From NCBI RefSeq assembly GCF_040938485.1, contig NW_027272196.1:248001-312000 (forward strand): a stretch of DNA of 64,000 bases, given 5' to 3'. This document shows positions 1-12,968 of this stretch, one piece after another; positions within the stretch are counted from its first letter, which is position 1; every line of letters starts with the position of its first letter. A program made the position numbers and the translations under genes. Below the pieces are notes generated by a model. The model saw only the letters and a program-made list of their open reading frames with translations, made no database searches and was not told where the DNA came from. The DNA comes from Diadema antillarum (taxonomy: Eukaryota).

Positions 1-9
1 CTCTCACAG

Positions 10-132
10 GGGCCTCTCCCACTTTTAGCTTCAACCAAGAAGCGACGGCAGGTGTGACGGCGGGTGCACCGACGGCCCCTTCCCCGGGTGTGGCTACCTT
101 CAATTCGCTATTTTCAGACCCTCTCAAGCAAT
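10..132 (+). CDS. BAZ2B: Candidate upstream coding exon (ASPTFSFNQEATAGVTAGAPTAPSPGVATFNSLFSDPLKQ)
   Basis: ctctcacag acceptor ends at 9, donor gtacgt at 133, 123 nt open, phase 1-1, which matches the phase-1 acceptor at 7263. GC-rich relative to flanks. No recognisable motif. Confidence 0.5.
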
Positions 133-2420
133 GTACGTTGTCCTTGGTTGTCTCTGTACAGTTGTCTTAGAAGCCTCAGATCTGTCCCTCATTTATTCAT
201 ATTTGTTTGTTCGTTTGTTTCTTTGTGTTCTGGCCCCTCCCATGTGAAAGTCTGTTACTACTGAGGAACATGCCTCATTGTTACAGCGCCTTGCCATCCA
301 GTGTGTTGCAGAATATCTTCTGTCTGCATCTGATAGTTCTGCTTGATCATGTGATATGTTCCAAACCCTGCGCCCTCTGCTGATCCTTTCTATGTGTATC
401 ATTAGACCTAGCATTCATGTCTTAGTTTTCCTGATGTTTTTCGTCATGTCTGCAGGCAGACCCATGTCATGCTGTAGTTGTGGATTAATTTCAACTTAAC
501 CTTGTATGCTGCCTTGTTGTGAAGAGACTGAAATACTTCTAGGTTGAAGAAAGCTCCCTTTTCATTATGCTGTATATGTTTGTCCTCATCCGAAGCTTGC
601 AATATCTCCCTTTACAGCCCTTTGATGTGTAACATTGTGTGTTGTTATTTTGCTTTATTTATCATTGCTCCCTGGGATTCATACTCCTTGTTGCCCAGCA
701 AACATGCGATGTTGAATGATGCACAGTGTATCCACGAGTTATGATGTGAAAACGAACCGAAATGCGTCATTTTCAGGCATGATTTCTCAGCTGTGTTGTG
801 AAGCGTGGCTTTTGGCTTCAGTCCTATTCAATATCTGTCGTATTCATCTTTTGCCAAATCCAAGAGGAAGTTTGGTGCTGGAGGCTCATATGAAAACCAT
901 TCAAGGCTTGATGGTTTTCCAGTATCCTACTGTTGTATCCCTGAGAACATCTATCAAGCTTTGGTGAATGCAAATCTGCATGAATGTATTCTTGCAGATG
1001 TTTGCGATGATGACAGGTTTCTTCTGTGAGCGATTGCTTGTGTAGATCGTATCCGTGTTTATCTATTGTATGTACCACTTCTGCAAGACCATTTTAGTTT
1101 TCTTTGCAGTAATTTAATTTTTTTTTTCCTGAAGGTATTTATATGAAACCAATTTGTTGATATCTTTCTTTTATTCCACAAGAATTGAAACTCGAGTCTT
1201 CCTGAATGGTGCCAAATGCAACATCACAGATTGCACTCTGCCAAAGGGAATGGATATGTGATGTTGAAATGACAAGACAAACCAGGAAAATGTTCTGCCT
1301 TTCGGAAGAATTAACCAACAACCCCTTTTTGCACAATATAAACATGCTAGCTGACATATGTACAATTAAGCAATGCCCTTATCAACCTGAGTTATCACTC
1401 AGAATTGAGCACAGTTTAAAATAAGTGATGAGCTTGATGAGGTGAAGTACAGCATAGAGTCTATCAAACAAACAAAACCATAATGTCCAAATTTGAAGTG
1501 AATCGTTGCTTGTGATCATTGTCCTGCTACAACCATGCCCTCTGTGTGCTTCTGTGTTTAGAATAGAAGTAACAGTGGATGCATTTTCATTTCATGACCA
1601 GTGTTTGGTCCTTCTCTGTAAGATATGATTTTGTCAGCATCACCTGTGATAGACAAATTCAGAGTTAATGATGAACGATATGAATCTGGTGTGGATTAGA
1701 TAAAATTGCGTGTGAGTCACATAATGTCCTGCATCAGTTTGTGCCTACAGTTTCTAGAATGACAGTTTCCCCATATGCATGCTGTGTCTGTGTTGAGTGG
1801 TTCTTCATTCAAGTAAAGTGCACAAATCATCATTGATTTAGTTAGACGCAGAAGGTCATTTGCTCTGTTGTCTGAGAGTTTATGGAGGTCATACCCTTCA
1901 TGCTTGCAGAGTACATGAAAGCTACATTGACTGGAAGTGACTTGTAGAACACTGGTAGATACTTGAACTCAGGGGGAAACAACACTGCCATGATACATTG
2001 CTACCTGTGTAGCCTTCTCTTTGTTGGGGTCACATTTTTCTTTTCTTTTTTAATACTCGGTAATTGATCCTTTCCTGTCCCTGCCTGCTCTCATTGTGTA
2101 TAATGTATTTGAATATATATTCATATGTATTCATCAGTGTGTGTATGTGTATGCAGTGTTTCTGTCCATGTTATGCATGTGGCGTATAAGCCTATTTTCC
2201 TGACCCACAGCAAGAAATTTGTACAACACTAGAGAAAATGGTAGGAAATGAGGAAATGATAATGTAGTGCAGTGTGTGACTCACATGAAGGTGAAACTCA
2301 TCGGTCTTTTTTTCCTCTCGTTTTGTTTTGTTCTTTCCTTTTGTTTGTTTGTCTGTTTTGTATGTTGCTGAGTAGCATGGATGGTTTTATGAGCTACCTC
2401 TGTGTTGTCTGGAGACTTTA

Positions 2421-2964
2421 GGGCTTTTTACACTTGTGTTTCTTAACCCCGGACTTTCTCTGACCCAGGACTATCGTTAGTCCCGTACCAGTTTTTTCAG
2501 CTTTTTACACTCGCCAATTAGTCCCGTACTATCTCTTGTCAGGGGCTAAGGAGAAAACTGACCTTTTTACACTCGTATTTCTTAGCCCCGGACTTTCCAA
2601 ACCACATGAATATTCATAATTATGCTGTGTACTGTACACGTACACGCACGCACCGGCAGCACTTGATTACCTCGTTTCTGATTGGTCAGTGAGGGTCGGA
2701 CTTCGTCTCCGTCGCTTAGCCCAGGATTATTTTTTCGTTCTGTTTACACTCACTTGCTTGGCACCGCAATTGCGGTGCTAACCCCTGCTATTTTGCAGGG
2801 CCAGATAGTACCGTACTATCGGTGGGGCTAGCCCACTTTGGCAAAAACGAGTGTAAACAGAAAGTGGGCTAAGGATAGTCCCGTACCAACGGTGGGGCTA
2901 AGGCCCCCCCTTAGCCCCACCGTTGGTCCGGGACTAAGCAAAATTTTACAAGTGTAAAAAGCCC
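2421..2964. mobile_element. PIF/Harbinger-like non-autonomous element (MITE)
   Basis: Perfect 17-bp TIR GGGCTTTTTACACTTGT / ACAAGTGTAAAAAGCCC, flanked by TTA on both sides (2418-2420, 2965-2967); many repeated subterminal motifs; no ORF. Confidence 0.85.
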
Positions 2965-5900
2965 TTATGTCCAGCTATGGACGAAGAGATCAAGTCTTGG
3001 GACTTGGCATCAGTTTATAACCCTGCATTCCTTCCATGCTTGTGTGATTACCGGCGGACTCAGGCCTTGCTCAACAATTCAGTCTGTTACAGTATAGGTT
3101 GAAATGGACTCTAGTGGCTAATCATTTCGTATCGTTTTGAAGAGTATGCAATGTAATGAAAGATCAAGTGTCATTTCATTGTTCTGCAATGTGATCTCAG
3201 TGTGGAAGTCTGAATGTCATGCATACATGTAGGTTTGTGCTTTGCATCAATATTTTCCTTTCCTTTGAGACTGCAGAGTGTTGCTGTAGTAACTTCAAGT
3301 GTGCCTTGCGTACATGAAATGATGTACCATAGTTACGTGGTAGATGTGTAAAATGTTTCTAGCATTCATGAAGTTACACTTACAGTGTACATGTTTGTAA
3401 GTTTTAGTTCTGTGCTTGCATCAGAGTTTTATTTGCATGGATTGAGCCTGTGTGCAAGTTGAATGTGCATTGCAGTGGTATTGCATGAAACCTGTCATGG
3501 TTACGGGTCAAGGGAAGCACTTCAAAACTTGGCCAAACCGATTTTTCTCTGATGACATCACAAGTATATTCTGAGCCTCATACTTTGATTTGCTTTAAAG
3601 ACCCCCTGACAACCTGTTCCATGCTGACTTCTGCTGATGTACATAGGCCTTCAAATCATTGACCCTGGAACTTTTTGATCCAAATGTGTATCATAGATTT
3701 TGAATCATTTGAGTTATCTTTTTTTTTCCCCCTGTACCCACCAACTTTCTTTGCATTTCATTATGTCACTGACAGTAAAGTCAGCTAAAATAAGCATCAC
3801 AATGACTGATACATACCTTATCTTTACTAATACATAAACTCATAATAGCAAGACAGGTCTCCTGAACTTTTTGATAAACAAAAAAATCATTTGATCCATA
3901 TTCTTATCAAACTATTCCTGGATTTCACCTGACTGCCTAAAGTCATCATTGAGTGCCGGGATTTCACCGGAAAGCAGGAATTGCATGTCATTGGCCTTTA
4001 AGTGGTATTGGTACCCTCACTTGCTTTCTCTGTAGCATTCAGATAAAAACAAGCTGATGCAAGAATTCATTAATTTGAAAGTTGGGGACATGGGCAGCAA
4101 AAAATGGAAGAATCACTAATAAGCAGTGTTCCACACAATCCTTCACTGAAGGTCTCCGTTTTTTTTCTCCCCATGAACTCAAAAGAAAACATTAAATGTA
4201 TTCCTTGCATCACGTGATTGTGGACTTATTATGTCTTGATGCATCATGGGAAGGGAAAGAAAATAATACATCCAGCACTACCTTCACTGAGGCTGCTGTA
4301 TCATTTTATTGCAAGTAAAAGGGTTTAAAAATAACAGTGTGTACCAAACAGGTGTTGTTGGAGAGCGACATTAAATTTCCATACCTGCCTGAGATGGGGG
4401 CACTAGTATAATAGATGTTGCTGTCAGTGGTGCAGGAGTTTTATAATGCTGATGCGGTGAATTCCGGTCTGTCAAAAAAAGAAAAGAAAAAGAAAAAAAA
4501 AATCAGCAAGGGTACACAGATGCAGTGACGTGAAAAGCGATTCTGCTCCTCAACACTCATCAAAATTCTAATAAGTCAAAACTGATCAAAGCAAAAGGGC
4601 CTATTCTGGATATGTGATGCTCATCGTCAGCTACATCTATTTGCAATTCTCCTTTGATGAATTTCCTAGCAAGAGTTCAACACCCTGAAGTCGTAGGAAG
4701 GTTGTCGCAGCCAAGATGATTACAAGCGAATTTCCAACAGATTCTGCTTGTTGGTGTTTTTCTTCTTTTAGTTAATTATGCAAACACTGTGCAGTTATTT
4801 CTACCTGATGGAATGGATTTGACACATGAGAAAGAAAAAACTGAGAAATTACAACTGCAAGTTGAGACTTAGCTCCTTTTTATGGCACAAACAGAATAAG
4901 ATAGAGAAGAGAGAAGAGAGAAAGTGAGGGGAATGGTAGAATGAGCTCAGGAGACAAACAACAAAAGTGGCTTGGGTCAAATTAATAGGCTTCCTCCTCA
5001 TGAATGCTTCAAATCCTTTCCAGTTTCGTTATGATTCATAATACATGCATTTCCTTAGCATATCTCAATTTGCAGCTCTTTTGCAGATGATAAAGAAGGC
5101 GTACGGGAGGGGGAGAACAAGCACAATTTTCCATTTTTGTCTGTGCGATGTTTATTTTTAACCTCCCAAATGACACATGACAAATGCTCATATAGGTATT
5201 TGCAATCAAAGCATATTTTAAGAGATAGAGAGAGAGAAAAAAAAAGGATCATATATTGGCAATAGATTACCTGGATACCCTTAGTGTTGTGCAGTCTTCT
5301 GCAAAAACAGGAAAAAAAAGTTTATTCTGCACGGGGTATTCTCTGAACAAATATTCAAAGAAATATAAGATTCATATGAAGCCATAGTAAATGTTTCTTT
5401 TTTGTGCTTGCTTGTCAACAATTTTGGAAACTTCTGAAAAGAATAATTCAACTCTTTATGTCTTCATTTTCTAAATATATCGTTAAGAAATATGATATGT
5501 ATTGCATGAGAGGGCAGGAAGGTCCTAAGCCCTCAAATTAAAGAATTGTTTAAGTGTGTCTCCCCTTGAACCAGATATGATAGAGCTAAGATGGTGCTAT
5601 GAGTTTGAAGTTTGTTCATAGTGGATGGGGGGGGGGGGGGGGGGGGAGGGGGATGTCCCCCTCAGGATCTTTTTCAGGGAATTAAAAATGAGGACAAGTC
5701 ACATTTTTATCTCAATATATGCTCAACATGCTTTCCATATTTTACCTGTATTATAATGGAAAATTTACCTCAAAGTGACTTTCAAAGTGACAAAGTTAAA
5801 AAAAAAATGATGACATTGAATCAACAACCCAGTGAAAATTTGAATAGAGCATTACTGAATTGTGAAAGTTACGAGAATTTGAAAGCCTGTATAGGCCATC

Positions 5901-6061
5901 TATTGACTTTGAAAAGAACTTAAAAAAAAAAGAAATGCTGCCATTGTGAGGCACATAACAATTACGTGGCCTAGAAATTCTCATTCATTAAAAAAACCCA
6001 AAAAGATGGTTCAATGCCTTGACTTCAAAAAACAAAATGTGGTGAAACCGACTTCCTCACT

Positions 6062-6331
6062 NNNNNNNNNNNNNNNNNNNNNNNNNNNNNNNNNNNNNNN
6101 NNNNNNNNNNNNNNNNNNNNNNNNNNNNNNNNNNNNNNNNNNNNNNNNNNNNNNNNNNNNNNNNNNNNNNNNNNNNNNNNNNNNNNNNNNNNNNNNNNNN
6201 NNNNNNNNNNNNNNNNNNNNNNNNNNNNNNNNNNNNNNNNNNNNNNNNNNNNNNNNNNNNNNNNNNNNNNNNNNNNNNNNNNNNNNNNNNNNNNNNNNNN
6301 NNNNNNNNNNNNNNNNNNNNNNNNNNNNNNN
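6062..6331. other. Assembly gap (270 N)
   Basis: Run of N; could hide an N-terminal exon. Confidence 1.
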
Positions 6332-7262
6332 AGTCTTTCCTTGGGGTACATTTTCCTGCCATTATAACCTGATCACGAGCGTGACTGGTTGTGTCCTGCA
6401 GGGTTTGTGCATGATGCTTAGCGAGTATGCACTGAAGCATGAGATATGATAATGATGATACAAGACTCCTGCTGTTTGAAATGGAAGAAGTGTAATCATT
6501 AGATGGAGAGCAGTTTACAAGATAGGTTTACAAAGTGTTTATTTTTTTCCATCTTTTTCTGTGCTCTTTGTTGGTCTGTTTTGCTTTCTATCGCAGTAGC
6601 TATACACACAGCTATGTAGCGGTATAAACCTGAACTAGAAATTACTTGTCATCTGCATGAAGCTACTAATTTGTGTCTACAGTGTAGGTCTTCTTCATTT
6701 GAGTGGTTTCTGCAAGCACTAATACTGTTTTTTCCTTTCTTTCTCTTTCTTAGAAGAATATGGAATGCCTCCCTTTTACATTTCATACTGCTTTAGTATC
6801 TACATGAAAGCTTCTGTAGCATTTTCTTAAGGGTTCTGATTTGATTGATTATTCCTGTCATTAAGTATCTATTCCCACAGGTAAATAAACAGGATTTGTT
6901 CTGATGGACCTGCACGTGCATGTGATTGTCACCAATTTAACCCCTCCCCCCATGCAAATACAACTCAAGTCCATCTGGCACTGTAAGGCATTTTGAAAGT
7001 ATTAAATTTTGCGTGCGTGATATCCGTTCTTGCCTGTTAGTATGGATGGTTCTTATCCTCAGCTGAAACCATCCATTAAATCTGCTTTTCCCTGCATCTT
7101 CTTTGTTTTGTGTTCATTGTCACTGGGATACAGGAATGGTAGTCATAGAGACCAACCACAAAGCAAAAAGTAAAATCATTGAAGAAGTTTTTCTTTGGTG
7201 CTGATTATTTGGCCAGATGGAAAAGTACAATCTCTTAAAGTCTTCTGCTGTTATGTTGACAG

Positions 7263-7594
7263 GTGGAGGGAAAGTTGGCAGAGGAAGAGGCAGAGGCCGA
7301 GGAAGAGGGCGTGGCAGGGGGCGGGGTTCCTCCTCTTCCTTGCTGAGCCGGAGCAGCGCCACCACTGGCAGCAGTTCCAGCACCAGCGCCAGTGCTTCCA
7401 GTGGCCGAGGGCGGCGTGGTAGACCCAGGAGGGTGGAGTATGCGCCCCAGCACCTGTTTGGGGATCCCGCCGCCCTCATGATGGGGCTCAATGTGAACGG
7501 GTCACCCCTGTCAGCGGGAACCAGCCTGGGAACCACATCCCCACTCACCCTTCTTGGTGGCAAGGATGGTGTGTCCGTCATCAAGGAAGCACCT
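7263..7594 (+). CDS. BAZ2B: Exon: G(RG)8 repeat, Ser-rich tract, AT-hook-like GRGRRGRPRR
   Basis: ttgacag acceptor (phase 1), donor gtgagt at 7595 (phase 0); GC-rich open frame within ORF 7217-7723. Confidence 0.8.
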
Positions 7595-10500
7595 GTGAGT
7601 AACATTGCTGGTATCAAAGGACTTTCCAGAAAAAAAGGCTGCTGTCTTTTTGAATTTTGGTATTTGAATACTTACATCAAAATGGTCAGTGTGGATTTCA
7701 AAGGATCTGAATCAATTCTTTAAATTAGGTGTTTGGGACTCATACGAGTGACCCAATGACACATGGGCTGTCAAACCTGTTTTGTAGCAGGCTGGCCAAA
7801 ATCAGCCAAGTATGGTTTTCTATTGACCAGTAATATTGGGGCATTATTAGTCAAATTGATGAGACAAACTGTCAGAGGGATCTTGTGCTGTGAGGTCAAG
7901 ACTCTCTTTATATATTATATCTCCTTTCTTTTTCTGAGATGGAAGGCAGCTTTAAGCAACAGTGGCAAGACTTGTGTTTCATTCTTTATCTGAATGAGAA
8001 TTGTGACCTAAACTTCACCTAGTTCTCTATTAGACTCCATTTGAACCATGTTCTGAAACCAATTCATACTTTCGCATAAGCTCATTGAACATGAGTTCTC
8101 TGTAATTTACAACATATTCTTGGATTAGTGTGCACTTGGTTTGGTGTTTAATGTTGTATGTGCAAAAAGCAATCATCTCTTTGCATTTTTAATGTCAATA
8201 AAGTTAACAAAACACTCTGTGGAGCATTACACAAAGACAGATATCTTAGTATAATGGTAGCTGAGTATCATAAAAGACATACTTCACTGAGTTCATTGCT
8301 TTTCAAGTACAATTGAGTAGGTGATTCTAGACTGCAGAGCTTTTGTTCTTAATGAAACTAAGCATGACATATTGTCAATTCTAACGCTAGATAAAGGAAT
8401 AACCTTTTCAGGAAAAATTCAGCTTCTACAGAAGCATATTCGAAAGGAAAGAGAAATGATGAGCATCGCAAGTATACTGTAGCTTCTTTTTCATCTCTTC
8501 CTCCTACTTTGTACAGAGTTCGGTTCTCAAAACTCCTCCACTGACGCTAAGCCTCGAGAAGTCCAGCCCGTCTCCTTCCTCCAAGTACAGCAATAGCCAC
8601 ACGCTCTCCTCCTCCTCCTCTTCTTCTTTGGCGCATAAAGTCAAGCAGTCCAAAGAGACGACAGCCAGCAAGGATGGGGAGGGAGCCCTTAGCGACAGCG
8701 ATGGCAGCATCCTGGATCTCGAAGGGGGCAACATCAGCTCCGGGAGTCACCTCGAGAGCAGCAGCGGGGGCTCCATGTCAGATTCCGACTCGGATGACAA
8801 GGAGATGGCAGCAATAATGGAGGTAAGTGACCTCAAGACATTGATCTTTATTTAGGGGGATGGGGAACGTGGACAGAGGGAGCAAAAAGGGGATCGAGAG
8901 TAAATTAATTGGGACTGGTGATGAAAGTGATAGAATGCCCTTTATGGAAGTAGCTTCAATGGCGATGATGATTATGCTGTGACTTTGCTGAAATGACAAT
9001 TGCATCAGTTGAAACAGCATCAGCCATGTTCAGATTGTTATTCATGGTGAATTGTTGATAAAGAAAAGTGATGAATATTATATCAGCAATATTCGTTGTG
9101 GATGATCTCACCCTACAAAACTCTAGAAAATGGACAGAATATTGACAACCAACTTTTACTTTTGAGTACTATGATGTTTAAAGGAATTTCATTGTGTTAA
9201 AAACCTCTTGATTCACCTTGCTCTATCAATAGAAAATATTTCCTTCAGTATTTCAGTACGTTATATGCTGTGGATTCGGAGCATTTAAAGTCATTGTCAG
9301 TGTGTGTTTGTCTGTTCTCTCACCAGACCAAGAAGCAGCTAGAGGCCAAGCAAAGGGAACTCCTCCAACAGCAGGAGCAGCTGAAGAAACAGCAGCAGAA
9401 AGCCCAACACAAAAAACAGAAGGTGAGACCAGGAATCTGTGATAAAAGCTCCTATAATCGACACACAAACCTCCTTCATCCACACATTGGTCCTTGACTC
9501 CATATGAAGTGTAGATATGCAATCGATTAAAGAGATTGATAAAGCCAATCAACATATTTGAGCAACCTTGCAATAGTTTGAAACCCCTGTAAAGGCATTG
9601 CTCTAAAGGTAAATTATACACCTGCTGTAGAATGTCAGTATCTCGATTATACACCCCTCTCACCCACTGACTGTACTTTATAGTTCTTTGTGTGTGTAGA
9701 GATACAATTCTTGGAATGTACTTCAAAACACACTGGTAGAAGACATTCAGAAAATCTTTTGTTAGTGGAAAATTGAGCAAAGAAAATGGGATTCCATCAG
9801 GATCTGTAACACAATAATCACTCTAACAGTAATTGTGCTATCAAATTCCATTGTACCATTCCCCTTTCACGAAATACAATGCTTTCTAGGCAGTCACATT
9901 CACAGTCTTGTTTGATCAAAGAAAGAATACCGCACCTCTTCTAAAGAACTAATAAAAAAAACCCACCAAAATTATTCATGACTGTGGTGTCGAAGTGTTT
10001 GGAACAGTGTGAAATTTTTCCCATAAACACCAGAATATTGTGGATGGTATTCATGAACTACTGTATAAGAAATAATTTGGTTAATAAAGTACAACAATAT
10101 TTCATTGTAAAAGAACATAAATCATGATACTACAAAACAGGAAGAAAAAAAAAACCTTTGAAAATGGCTGTGCTTTGGTAGAACTACATTTTTTCTGCAT
10201 TGAAGAGAAAGACCATTTGGTGAGAGAAACAAAATGAAAAAAAAAAAAAGAATTGGCATGCTCTTTAAATAAAACTCATTTGAAATAAGGGCTTTCTGAG
10301 GTTTTGGCGAGAAATCGCTGCAATGGGTTTTGTTGGACTTGAACCTGAGGCATTCATGGACTTGAACAAATTAATAATTGTACCCTCTTAGTGCAGCCTG
10401 GCCTCTGAATGAGCTGATGCCCAGTTTATTCAGACACTATTAAGCTTTTAAAACTGTGGTGTGTTGCCGACAGATGCTCAGTAGAAAGTGAGAATTGTAG

Positions 10501-12927
10501 CTGCTTAATCATATTTTAGCCAGTGAATAAAGAACTGTCTGGTATTGAGGACATTGCACTATGCATATTATTCGAAGTTCTTCAATTACTGTATACGCTA
10601 TAATTTTCGCGTACATAAATTTTCGCGAATTGCCGCTGTCACACATTTTCGCGAGTGGTTAAATTCGCGATGGGGGGACCAGAGAAAATATGAAGTGGCA
10701 CAGAAAGTGTGAATTTTCAACTTACTTAGCAAATAAGAATGATACTAGTTATATACTGCATGAAAAAAACTTACCAAACTCTGCGAACTAGTAAGTTAGA
10801 ATTCAACATTTTTGAAGTGGTTAAGTCCATCGCGCTAGATTTCTGACGAGTGGTCCCCTTACGATAATGGATTGGCTCTCTAACGTTACAGTATTCGTAA
10901 GTAGACGTGGACGTGCGTAAACAAGCTTAGCCAGTATGGTCTGTTCGGTAAGCCGTGACATGGTATACTAGTACTGAAATACAAGTTCTGTATCATCAAG
11001 GCAAGGGATTCATTTTGGAAGGTAATATTTTCGCGTGTTGTTAATTTCGCGAATAGCTCCCGACTCGCGAAATTCGCGAAAATAAAACCCCCGCGAAATA
11101 TATAGCGTATACAGTATAAGGCAGTTAGATGACAATACAAGACTAGTATGTGAGAATATAAGATGCAATGGAGACAGGGTGTGGTCTAATGACACAATCA
11201 ATGGGAAATATATTCGCAAACTGCTAGGAAAATTTAAAGGGATGGTATAGTTTTGGTTGAGATGGGAATTCAGATTTCAACAATGTGCAAGATGATATAA
11301 GCAACCACTTGTAAAATATGAAAGAGCATACAAATCTTAGAGGAATTCAAAGTTTATTTGATGAAATCAATTTTGAAATGGCTGAGATATCACAAAACAA
11401 AGTTAAACAAAGTGATCTTATAATAACAGGTGAATCCTACCTTTTGAGGCCCTCTGTGTTTTTTGGATATCTCAGCCATTTTAAAACCAATTTTCATCAA
11501 ATAAACTATGAATTCCTCTTAGAGTTGTATGCTCTTGAATATTTCATAAGAGGCTTCTCATTATCTCACAAAAAAAGTTGGAAACCTGAAGCCCAATTTC
11601 ATCCAGCACTATACCATTCCTTTAACAATCTGAAAAGAAGATGGTTATAGCATTTCATTTCCAACATCATTATACCATATTGACGGATGCACACAGATCA
11701 TTGTAAGGCATGTGACAATTGACATAAAGTCTTATCCCTACATGCGTACAGCACTTTGCTGAGCATCATACAACCAATCCAGGAAAAAAAAAAGTCTGTG
11801 TTTTTTGTTGTTGTTATAATTGTATTCCTTGCCAGACAAAGTTTGAAAGGGGCAAACAAGAGTTAGTGTGTGGTTTGTCAATTACTCACAAAGCCTTACA
11901 GAGTGAACTACAGTACTTCCATAGTTTTCGAGCAGTTTGAATGTTTGTTGTGGTGCACATTGCAGCCTAAAGGTATAAGTGTGACAAGACATGTTTGTTC
12001 ATGTTTATATTTTAGCTGTGTGTATTTGTGTGTGTATGTGTGTGTGTGTGTGTGTGTGTGTATGAGACCAATTCATTGTCATGGAAACCACATTTTTGTG
12101 TTTCGTTAACTGCTGAGAAGATGCAATTTGGAAGGAAGGGAAAAGGAGGATTATGCATGTTCTCTTATTCAACTGTCCAATATGTATGTACATTGTTCAC
12201 ATTCCATTTGGTACCCTGGGCACGTTGCTTGTTTTACATAAAACTGTGTCATAGCGGTGAATAGAGTGAGATTTGCAGAAGATGGTCTGAAGAGAGAACC
12301 TCAGGGGTAGTATTGACCTAGATGGAGGAATATTTTTACAAGTAGAATCAGCTTCTCTGGCTGCAGTCTCCCTAATCAAGAAAAGCGGTCTCCGAAATGT
12401 CAACTTTGTACCACCATCATTTAATGGGGCAGGTTCAGACATCTGCAGGGCTCTCGAATACCAGTGTGAATTAATGTGCCATAATTCCAGTACCATTGGA
12501 TTTTTGTTTTAATAATTTTAATTTAACTTGCTCAAATACAAGTGCTGTACTCAGCAAATTGCATGTATACAATCAGTTGTGACATTTATGTAGTTCACCC
12601 TATCCACATAAACACGCAGCGTGCATTTAGAAAATTATGATCAAAAGAAAATTGTTAGTGCTGACATATATACTCTTACAGAAAAAGCGAATCAAAGCAT
12701 GATTATGACGTAGAGCAGCACCTACATGTGTAATATGTAAGATGTATTCTGCTCTAGATTTCAATTTCAAATCATTGTCTCTCACATTTCTCAACATAAA
12801 ACAGATAAAAGCATTCTAACCATGCAATAAACATATCATCACTAGTTTTTTATTGAAAAGAAAAGAGATGTGTAGGCATTATCATACAAGCGCAATATGT
12901 TGATATGTGGTAACATAGCAAGCAAAT

Positions 12928-12968
<41 letters not shown>

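Noticed and set aside
805-1029. 74-aa ORF as a possible exon
   Set aside because: Best splice sites give phase 2 to 0, incompatible with the neighbouring phase-1 exons; no motif.
5946-6449. ORFs spanning the N gaps (also 53189-53926)
   Set aside because: Their length is an artefact of translating through N runs.
7120-7617. 165-aa minus-strand ORF
   Set aside because: Antisense shadow of the GC-rich BAZ2 exon; no independent motif.
8916-8991. RTGATGA...CTGA pair resembling a C/D snoRNA (and other RTGATGA hits in introns)
   Set aside because: No terminal stem, no clear C'/D' boxes or guide complementarity that I could identify.
10286-10505. Non-repetitive intronic segment considered as a snRNA/scaRNA
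   Set aside because: No match to snRNA sequences I know and no convincing box motifs; an Infernal/Rfam scan would be needed.
11318-11650. 110-aa plus-strand ORF
   Set aside because: Lies within a palindromic MITE; no transposase motif.
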